NCBI RefSeq assembly: GCF_022045235.1 | Contig: NW_027266286.1 | Location: 68,510,001 to 68,574,000 of the forward strand | DNA length: 64,000 nucleotides | Direction: 5' to 3' | Origin: Haliotis cracherodii | Lineage: Eukaryota | Part shown: positions 1 to 9,182 of the stretch, piece by piece | How positions within the stretch are numbered: position 1 is the first letter of the stretch | How the letters are laid out: each line of letters begins with the position of its first letter | Translations under genes and position numbers: made by a program | The notes under the pieces: generated by a model | What the model was told of the DNA's origin: nothing | Seen by the model: the letters and a program-made list of their open reading frames with translations, nothing else | Databases searched by the model: none

Positions 1-69
1 TACAATCTTGAATTTGATTGTACTTGAAGAAAATATAACCAAAGATATATTTACAATATAAACCACAGC

Positions 70-75
70 TTTATT
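70..75 (-). terminator. Polyadenylation signal AATAAA, repeated in each gene-bearing unit
   Basis: tttatt on + (AATAAA on minus) lies 112 nt past the TAA. It is followed on the minus strand by GU/U-rich sequence (gctgtggtttatattgt...tctttggttatattttc). Confidence 0.8.
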
Positions 76-187
76 TGTACTCGTTGAGAAATAGACAGAA
101 TGAATGGATGCAGCATGGTGAGTGCAATCGACAAATATGATATCAAATGTCCAGCACTTGATGTGAATATGATGATCCTTGAATCTT

Positions 188-782
188 TTAACCGTGGTGT
201 CCGCCTCCATGACCACCACCTCCATGACCACCTCCTCCGTGACCACCTCCTCCGTGGCCACCACCTCCGTGTCCTCCTCCTCCTCCTCCATGGCCACCAC
301 CTCCGTGTCCTCCTCCTCCTCCATGGCCACCACCTCCGTGTCCTCCTCCTCCTCCTCCATGGCCACCACCTCCGTGACCTCCACCACCGTGACCGCCGCC
401 TCCGTGACCACCTCCACCACCACCGTGGCCGCCTCCGCCTCCGCCTCCGTGGCCTCCGCCTCCATGGCCGCCACCACCACCACCATGGCCACCAAGGGCG
501 GAGCCAAGGAAGACTGTGAAGAATGTACAGAAACAACAATACATAAGTGGTCATATATGACAGGATACACACACACACACAAAATCCGTCCACCATTCCT
601 GATACAGTTTAGACCATGGTAGAAACTATCCTATTCATTACGTTGTCAGCAAATCGAAAAGCCACTTAAAACTCAGCAAGAGCTAATAAAGTTGATTATT
701 ACAAAGTTGAAGATTGCGAATTCTCATCAGATAAGGCACACTTACCCAAGACTACAACAACTGCAACGTTAAGAAGGCGCAT
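188..782 (-). CDS. Secreted Gly/His-rich protein, copy 1 (exons 746-782, 188-513; 120 aa)
   Basis: ATG at 782 gives MRLLNVAVVVVL+G, then the GTAAGT donor. The acceptor is ttcttcacag|TC at 514/513. Splicing rebuilds GTC (Val) in frame with FLGSALG-GHGGGGGGH...GGGHHG-TAA. TATA lies upstream and AATAAA downstream. The predicted mature part is 81 Gly + 19 His. Confidence 0.92.
514..745 (-). other. Phase-1 spliceosomal intron (232 nt) interrupting the signal peptide; present in every copy (230-236 nt)
   Basis: The minus strand reads G|GTAAGT ... attgttgtttctgtacattcttcacAG|. This is a consensus donor, a pyrimidine-rich tract and a CAG acceptor. Length varies only through the (AC)n tract. Confidence 0.92.
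567..580. repeat. Intronic (AC)n microsatellite
   Basis: (AC)7 in most copies, (AC)9 in copies 20 and 23, (AC)6 in copy 22, and interrupted in copy 16. Confidence 0.85.
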
Positions 783-850
783 CCTGTCAGTTACGTTGTT
801 TATCCACGAGAGAATAAACAATTTAAATGTCTCTTTTGGGATTCACACCG

Positions 851-859
851 CCTTATATA
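851..859 (-). promoter_or_regulatory. TATA box (TATATAAGG), repeated in each gene-bearing unit
   Basis: TATATAAGG on the minus strand, 31 nt upstream of an Inr-like CA(+1)TT at 829-826 and ~70 nt upstream of the ATG. Confidence 0.8.
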
Positions 860-900
860 CATGTGGTACAGGAAATCAGGATGTTGAATATAAATGCCCA

Positions 901-933
901 CATTGGAAGATTTTAGTAAATAAAATTCCAATG
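901..933. promoter_or_regulatory. Pair of inverted CCAAT boxes (about -75 and -100 from the inferred TSS)
   Basis: The + strand reads cattggaa-gattttagtaaataaaa-ttccaatg. CCAAT lies on the minus strand at 906-902 and on the plus strand at 928-932, at a canonical distance from TATA. Confidence 0.5.
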
Positions 934-1590
934 AGACTTTTTACAACTTTAGAGCGTGAAGAATGAATCTCTATTTTGTAATATCACATACGACACTGCC
1001 ACCTGCCTCTCTGTATTAGGCATATCTTCCTGCATAATTATTAAATGCAAACTGTGTATTTGTGACCTAACCTGGCACCCTGTGGCTATCTCACTGCCGG
1101 GAAGCATGATAGATTTAGTGGTTCATCCAATGCAATTACAGCTACAGACCGTTTTGTGAAAAACTTGAATGGAGATAGAATATTTTAAATGAAGGATAAA
1201 TGCTGACCTTTAGAATTTCGTTGGGTGCAAGTACTGAGTCTACTGAGCTACCATGACTTGGAGTCAAAGGACGTTTATCAACGTATGTCAAATACGTCTT
1301 TAAAAGCAGAGGTTGTGGGAAGCTAATTATTCATCTATTCATAATCAAACTTTATGTGAAGTTGGATTTTTCAAGTGTGTGATATATTTCAAAGTTTGAA
1401 TACCTGCCCGAATAATTTCAAAGTCTCATTATTTTCTACAATAAAACAGGGTGAAAGCTGATGATATACGCTCTTTGGTTTTCTGGCCTATAACACACGA
1501 ATGAACACAGGGAAATCATTCCATCCCTGCCCACATTACTTTTCAAAGGAACTCTTCCATCTAAGTTTATCTCGTGTGTGTATATGTGTG

Positions 1591-1610
1591 TGTTTGGGAG
1601 TGTTTGGGAG
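1591..1610. repeat. 10-bp direct repeat TGTTTGGGAG x2 in the spacer
   Basis: Two copies in most units, three near 61633-61662, and collapsed by an 11-bp deletion in the spacers after copies 19-21. Confidence 0.8.
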
Positions 1611-2983
1611 AGAAAGTTCACGTCACATTTTATGCTATTTCGTAACTGGCCCAAACACTAAACAATGATGAAATGCATGAACATTTTCTAAAGAGTGGTA
1701 AAATCTCAGCTTTCGAACACCACATGTGGACAGGATATATTTATCCATCACACGAATACCTGATGAAACCACTATCTCCGCAGGAACATGGATGTGGTGG
1801 TAGTTTATGACAGGCACTAGGGGCTTCAACCGTCAATCTATGACCCATGTATGAACCCCTTCCTGCCAAGCATTACCCACACCCACCCACCAAGCTACAG
1901 CACCAGAGATGAACATTCATCTGGCGTCAGAGCACAATTATTCGTCATTCTTTGCTATCTACAGTGGCATGCCAATTCATACTGATTAATATCGCCCTTG
2001 CTGACTAACCTGTTACTTATCATTTGAACAGCAAAATACCAGTCTGGGTCCACCAGCTCGACTTCCAAGTAAACGCTGTCAACAACGGTCACTGAAAGTA
2101 TCGAGCCGAAACACACCCATCGGCCTTCAACTGGGGGTCAAATCATGGGAAGTTCGAGTCAATATCATGCACACATTTTGGATCAAAACAAATTACCAAC
2201 ACAATACAATGTCCAATCTTGCATTTAAGCTATCACAAGTCACTCCAAACATATCTGACACAGACTCAACAACCCATTCAAACGGGGGACTATATTCTCC
2301 TATTTACCTTCCGGGTCATGGTAAAACTTAGGGGACGTAACTGTGGTCTCGGGCCTAGTCTATCTTAGAGCGAATCTGCTCCTTGACCATTCATATTGCG
2401 CTGGACTCTTGAAAAAAACAGAAAACAAACCAATTGGATTTGGTTTAGAGTGGGCTTTCTCTTGAGATCGTGCCGTTGTATTGGTGGATCGCTGCTCAAC
2501 TGTATAAGCTCTTAATTCTATCGGCATTGCATGAGTGCATTGAGGCACGTGCCACAGTTTTATTTGGACATGCACACGGCTGTAATTATAAGCCAGGTGG
2601 ACGTTTAGAGGCCATAATGATAGTACGATACTAAATGGGACTTCATGCATTTTCGGACAGAAACAGTCTACTTGCTTTGTTCAACATGTGTATAGGTTTA
2701 TTGGCAGGCCTTCGAGGTTCCTAACCTTGGTGGGAATGATTCCAAAGTGACAATCACTATGCAGGACACTGAAAAGTAAGTAGGGAAACTAGCTCATACA
2801 ATCTTGAATTTGATTGTACTTGAAGAAAATATAACCAAAGATATATTTACAATATAAACCACAGCTTTATTTGTACTCGTTGAGAAATAGACAGAATGAA
2901 TGGATGCAGCATGGTGAGTGCAATCGACAAATATGATATCAAATGTCCAGCACTTGATGTGAATATGATGATCCTTGAATCTT

Positions 2984-3581
2984 TTAACCGTGGTGTCCGC
3001 CTCCATGACCACCACCTCCATGACCACCTCCTCCGTGACCACCTCCTCCGTGGCCACCACCTCCGTGTCCTCCTCCTCCTCCTCCATGGCCACCACCTCC
3101 GTGTCCTCCTCCTCCTCCTCCATGGCCACCACCTCCGTGTCCTCCTCCTCCTCCTCCATGGCCACCACCTCCGTGACCTCCACCACCGTGACCGCCGCCT
3201 CCGTGACCACCTCCACCACCACCGTGGCCGCCTCCGCCTCCGCCTCCGTGGCCTCCGCCTCCATGGCCGCCACCACCACCACCATGGCCACCAAGGGCGG
3301 AGCCAAGGAAGACTGTGAAGAATGTACAGAAACAACAATACATAAGTGGTCATATATGACAGGATACACACACACACACAAAATCCGTCCACCATTCCTG
3401 ATACAGTTTAGACCATGGTAGAAACTATCCTATTCATTACGTTGTCAGCAAATCGAAAAGCCACTTAAAACTCAGCAAGAGCTAATAAAGTTGATTATTA
3501 CAAAGTTGAAGATTGCGAATTCTCATCAGATAAGGCACACTTACCCAAGACTACAACAACTGCAACGTTAAGAAGGCGCAT
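2984..3581 (-). CDS. Secreted Gly/His-rich protein, copy 2 (exons 3545-3581, 2984-3312; 121 aa)
   Basis: Same exon/intron structure; frame intact; mature region only G and H. Confidence 0.92.
3065..3172. repeat. Three tandem 36-nt coding modules (G4-H-G6-H) inside exon 2 (copy 2 shown)
   Basis: gtgtcctcctcctcctcctccatggccaccacctcc x3. Copies 15 and 23 have two modules, and the (GGA)n run length varies between copies. Confidence 0.9.
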
Positions 3582-5782
3582 CCTGTCAGTTACGTTGTTT
3601 ATCCACGAGAGAATAAACAATTTAAATGTCTCTTTTGGGATTCACACCGCCTTATATACATGTGGTACAGGAAATCAGGATGTTGAATATAAATGCCCAC
3701 ATTGGAAGATTTTAGTAAATAAAATTCCAATGAGACTTTTTACAACTTTAGAGCGTGAAGAATGAATCTCTATTTTGTAATATCACATACGACACTGCCA
3801 CCTGCCTCTCTGTATTAGGCATATCTTCCTGCATAATTATTAAATGCAAACTGTGTATTTGTGACCTAACCTGGCACCCTGTGGCTATCTCACTGCCGGG
3901 AAGCATGATAGATTTAGTGGTTCATCCAATGCAATTACAGCTACAGACCGTTTTGTGAAAAACTTGAATGGAGATAGAATATTTTAAATGAAGGATAAAT
4001 GCTGACCTTTAGAATTTCGTTGGGTGCAAGTACTGAGTCTACTGAGCTACCATGACTTGGAGTCAAAGGACGTTTATCAACGTATGTCAAATACGTCTTT
4101 AAAAGCAGAGGTTGTGGGAAGCTAATTATTCATCTATTCATAATCAAACTTTATGTGAAGTTGGATTTTTCAAGTGTGTGATATATTTCAAAGTTTGAAT
4201 ACCTGCCCGAATAATTTCAAAGTCTCATTATTTTCTACAATAAAACAGGGTGAAAGCTGATGATATACGCTCTTTGGTTTTCTGGCCTATAACACACGAA
4301 TGAACACAGGGAAATCATTCCATCCCTGCCCACATTACTTTTCAAAGGAACTCTTCCATCTAAGTTTATCTCGTGTGTGTATATGTGTGTGTTTGGGAGT
4401 GTTTGGGAGAGAAAGTTCACGTCACATTTTATGCTATTTCGTAACTGGCCCAAACACTAAACAATGATGAAATGCATGAACATTTTCTAAAGAGTGGTAA
4501 AATCTCAGCTTTCGAACACCACATGTGGACAGGATATACTTATCCATCACACGAATACCTGATGAAACCACTATCTCCGCAGGAACATGGATGTGGTGGT
4601 AGTTTATGACAGGCACTAGGGGCTTCAACCGTCAATCTATGACCCATGTATGACCCCCTTCCTGCCAAGCATTACCCACACCCACCCACCAAGCTACAGC
4701 ACCAGAGATGAACATTCATCTGGCGTCAGAGCACAATTATTCGTCATTCTTTGCTATCTACAGTGGCATGCCAATTCATACTGATTAATATCGCCCTTGC
4801 TGACTAACCTGTTACTTATCATTTGAACAGCAAAATACCAGTCTGGGTCCACCAGCTCGACTTCCAAGTAAACGCTGTCAACAACGGTCACTGAAAGTAT
4901 CGAGCCGAAACACACCCATCGGCCTTCAACTGGGGGTCAAATCATGGGAAGTTCGAGTCAATATCATGCACACATTTTGGATCAAAACAAATTACCAACA
5001 CAATACAATGTCCAATCTTGCATTTAAGCTATCACAAGTCACTCCAAACATATCTGACACAGACTCAACAAGCCATTCAAACGGGGGACTATATTCTCCT
5101 ATTTACCTTCCGGGTCATGGTAAAACTTAGGGGACGTAACTGTGGTCTCGGGCCTAGTCTATATTAGAGCGAATCTGCTCCTTGACCATTCATATTGCGC
5201 TGGACTCTTGAAAAAAACAGAAAACAAACCAATTGGATTTGGTTTAGAGTGGGCTTTCTCTTGAGATCGTGCCGTTGTATTGGTGGATCGCTGCTCAACT
5301 GTATAAGCTCTTAATTCTATCGGCATTGCATGAGTGCATTGAGGCACGTGCCACAGTTTTATTTGGACATGCACACGGCTGTAATTATAAGCCAGGTGGA
5401 CGTTTAGAGGCCATAATGATAGTACGATACTAAATGGGACTTCATGCATTTTCGGACAGAAACAGTCTACTTGCTTTGTTCAACATGTGTATAGGTTTAT
5501 TGGCAGGCCTTCGAGGTTCCTAACCTTGGTGGGAATGATTCCAAAGTGACAATCACTATGCAGGACACTGAAAAGTAAGTAGGGAAACTAGCTCATACAA
5601 TCTTGAATTTGATTGTACTTGAAGAAAATATAACCAAAGATATATTTACAATATAAACCACAGCTTTATTTGTACTCGTTGAGAAATAGACAGAATGAAT
5701 GGATGCAGCATGGTGAGTGCAATCGACAAATATGATATCAAATGTCCAGCACTTGATGTGAATATGATGATCCTTGAATCTT

Positions 5783-6380
5783 TTAACCGTGGTGTCCGCC
5801 TCCATGACCACCACCTCCATGACCACCTCCTCCGTGACCACCTCCTCCGTGGCCACCACCTCCGTGTCCTCCTCCTCCTCCTCCATGGCCACCACCTCCG
5901 TGTCCTCCTCCTCCTCCTCCATGGCCACCACCTCCGTGTCCTCCTCCTCCTCCTCCATGGCCACCACCTCCGTGACCTCCACCACCGTGATCGCCGCCTC
6001 CGTGACCACCACCACCACCACCGTGGCCGCCTCCGCCTCCGCCTCCGTGGCCTCCGCCTCCATGGCCGCCACCACCACCACCATGGCCACCAAGGGCGGA
6101 GCCAAGGAAGACTGTGAAGAATGTACAGAAACAACAATACATAAGTGGTCATATATGACAGGATACACACACACACACAAAATCCGTCCACCATTCCTGA
6201 TACAGTTTAGACCATGGTAGAAACTATCCTATTCATTACGTTGTCAGCAAATCGAAAAGCCACTTAAAACTCAGCAAGAGCTAATAAAGTTGATTATTAC
6301 AAAGTTGAAGATTGCGAATTCTCATCAGATAAGGCACACTTACCCAAGACTACAACAACTGCAACGTTAAGAAGGCGCAT
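5783..6380 (-). CDS. Secreted Gly/His-rich protein, copy 3 (exons 6344-6380, 5783-6111; 121 aa)
   Basis: Intact; one Gly->Asp (GGGDH). Confidence 0.92.
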
Positions 6381-8581
6381 CCTGTCAGTTACGTTGTTTA
6401 TCCACGAGAGAATAAACAATTTAAATGTCTCTTTTGGGATTCACACCGCCTTATATACATGTGGTACAGGAAATCAGGATGTTGAATGTAAATGCCCACA
6501 TTGGAAGATTTTAGTAAATAAAATTCCAATGAGACTTTTTACAACTTTAGAGCGTGAAGAATGAATCTCTATTTTGTAATATCACATACGACACTGCCAC
6601 CTGCCTCTCTGTATTAGGCATATCTTCCTGCATAATTATTAAATGCAAACTGTGTATTTGTGACCTAACCTGGCACCCTGTGGCTATCTCACTGCCGGGA
6701 AGCATGATAGATTTAGTGGTTCATCCAATGCAATTACAGCTACAGACCGTTTTGTGAAAAACGTGAATGGAGATAGAATATTTTAAATGAAGGATAAATG
6801 CTGACCTTTAGAATTTCGTTGGGTGCAAGTACTGAGTCTACTGAGCTACCATGACTTGGAGTCAAAGGACGTTTATCAACGTATGTCAAATACGTCTTTA
6901 AAAGCAGAGGTTGTGGGAAGCTAATTATTCATCTATTCATAATCAAACTTTATGTGAAGTTGGATTTTTCAAGTGTGTGATATATTTCAAAGTTTGAATA
7001 CCTGCCCGAATAATTTCAAAGTCTCATTATTTTCTACAATAAAACAGGGTGAAAGCTGATGATATACGCTCTTTGGTTTTCTGGCCTATAACACACGAAT
7101 GAACACAGGGAAATCATTCCATCCCTGCCCACATTACTTTTCAAAGGAACTCTTCCATCTAAGTTTATCTCGTGTGTGTATATGTGTGTGTTTGGGAGTG
7201 TTTGGGAGAGAAAGTTCACGTCACATTTTATGCTATTTCGTAACTGGCCCAAACACTAAACAATGATGAAATGCATGAACATTTTCTAAAGAGTGGTAAA
7301 ATCTCAGCTTTCGAACACCACATGTGGACAGGATATACTTATCCATCACACGAATACCTGATGAAACCACTATCTCCGCAGGAACATGGATGTGGTGGTA
7401 GTTTATGACAGGCACTAGGGGCTTCAACCGTCAATCTATGACCCATGTATGACCCCCTTCCTGCCAAGCATTACCCACACCCACCCACCAAGCTACAGCA
7501 CCAGAGATGAACATTCATCTGGCGTCAGAGCACAATTATTCGTCATTCTTTGCTATCTACAGTGGCATGCCAATTCATACTGATTAATATCGCCCTTGCT
7601 GACTAACCTGTTACTTATCATTTGAACAGCAAAATACCAGTCTGGGTCCACCAGCTCGACTTCCAAGTAAACGCTGTCAACAACGGTCACTGAAAGTATC
7701 GAGCCGAAACACACCCATCGGCCTTCAACTGGGGGTCAAATCATGGGAAGTTCGAGTCAATATCATGCACACATTTTGGATCAAAACAAATTACCAACAC
7801 AATACAATGTCCAATCTTGCATTTAAGCTATCACAAGTCACTCCAAACATATCTGACACAGACTCAACAAGCCATTCAAACGGGGGACTATATTCTCCTA
7901 TTTACCTTCCGGGTCATGGTAAAACTTAGGGGACGTAACTGTGGTCTCGGGCCTAGTCTATATTAGAGCGAATCTGCTCCTTGACCATTCATATTGCGCT
8001 GGACTCTTGAAAAAAACAGAAAACAAACCAATTGGATTTGGTTTAGAGTGGGCTTTCTCTTGAGATCGTGCCGTTGTATTGGTGGATCGCTGCTCAACTG
8101 TATAAGCTCTTAATTCTATCGGCATTGCATGAGTGCATTGAGGCACGTGCCACAGTTTTATTTGGACATGCACACGGCTGTAATTATAAGCCAGGTGGAC
8201 GTTTAGAGGCCATAATGATAGTACGATACTAAATGGGACTTCATGCATTTTCGGACAGAAACAGTCTACTTGCTTTGTTCAACATGTGTATAGGTTTATT
8301 GGCAGGCCTTCGAGGTTCCTAACCTTGGTGGGAATGATTCCAAAGTGACAATCACTATGCAGGACACTGAAAAGTAAGTAGGGAAACTAGCTCATACAAT
8401 CTTGAATTTGATTGTACTTGAAGAAAATATAACCAAAGATATATTTACAATATAAACCACAGCTTTATTTGTACTCGTTGAGAAATAGACAGAATGAATG
8501 GATGCAGCATGGTGAGTGCAATCGACAAATATGATATCAAATGTCCAGCACTTGATGTGAATATGATGATCCTTGAATCTT

Positions 8582-9182
8582 TTAACCGTGGTGTCCGCCT
8601 CCATGACCACCACCTCCATGACCACCTCCTCCGTGACCACCTCCTCCGTGGCCACCACCTCCGTGTCCTCCTCCTCCTCCTCCATGGCCACCACCTCCGT
8701 GTCCTCCTCCTCCTCCTCCATGGCCACCACCTCCGTGTCCTCCTCCTCCTCCTCCTCCATGGCCACCACCTCCGTGACCTCCACCACCGTGATCGCCGCC
8801 TCCGTGACCACCACCACCACCACCGTGGCCGCCTCCGCCTCCGCCTCCGTGGCCTCCGCCTCCATGGCCGCCACCACCACCACCATGGCCACCAAGGGCG
8901 GAGCCAAGGAAGACTGTGAAGAATGTACAGAAACAACAATACATAAGTGGTCATATATGACAGGATACACACACACACACAAAATCCGTCCACCATTCCT
9001 GATACAGTTTAGACCATGGTAGAAACTATCCTATTCATTACGTTGTCAGCAAATCGAAAAGCCACTTAAAACTCAGCAAGAGCTAATAAAGTTGATTATT
9101 ACAAAGTTGAAGATTGCGAATTCTCATCAGATAAGGCACACTTACCCAAGACTACAACAACTGCAACGTTAAGAAGGCGCAT
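8582..9182 (-). CDS. Secreted Gly/His-rich protein, copy 4 (exons 9146-9182, 8582-8913; 122 aa)
   Basis: Intact; shares Gly->Asp with copy 3; +1 Gly. Confidence 0.92.

Noticed and set aside
1-22. 7-bp inverted repeat TACAATC...GATTGTA downstream of the poly(A) signal
   Set aside because: It is short and AT-rich, within chance expectation. It is not a histone stem-loop or a bacterial terminator.
514-544. MYCCFCTFFT as the protein N-terminus
   Set aside because: It lies in the intron's polypyrimidine tract, and copy 22 has a stop in it.
51-622. Overlapping Arg/Trp-rich, Glu/Val-rich and Ser/Thr-rich (mucin-like) ORFs across the repeat
   Set aside because: These are shadow frames of a stop-free (GGN/CAY)n tract. 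They lack matching splice or promoter support and are interrupted in some copies (Ser/Thr in 12, Glu/Val in 19, Arg/Trp in 20-21), while the G/H frame never is.
188-782. Assignment to a named gene (Nvjp-1, Glycera MTP, holotricin-3, shepherin, Sp185/333, plant GRP)
   Set aside because: The similarity is compositional only. Homology cannot be established from low-complexity sequence without a search, so no gene symbol is given.
2105-2165. Pol III B-box-like GTTCGAGTC suggesting a tRNA or SINE
   Set aside because: No convincing A-box, cloverleaf, poly-A/T tail or target-site duplication. tRNAscan-SE or Infernal would settle it.
956-2650. Short spacer ORFs (61-106 aa: MKNESLF..., MGQLRN..., MKPLVP..., MHEVPF...)
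   Set aside because: No recognisable domains, several have non-ATG starts, and several are frameshifted or lost in some units. They recur only because the unit is repeated.
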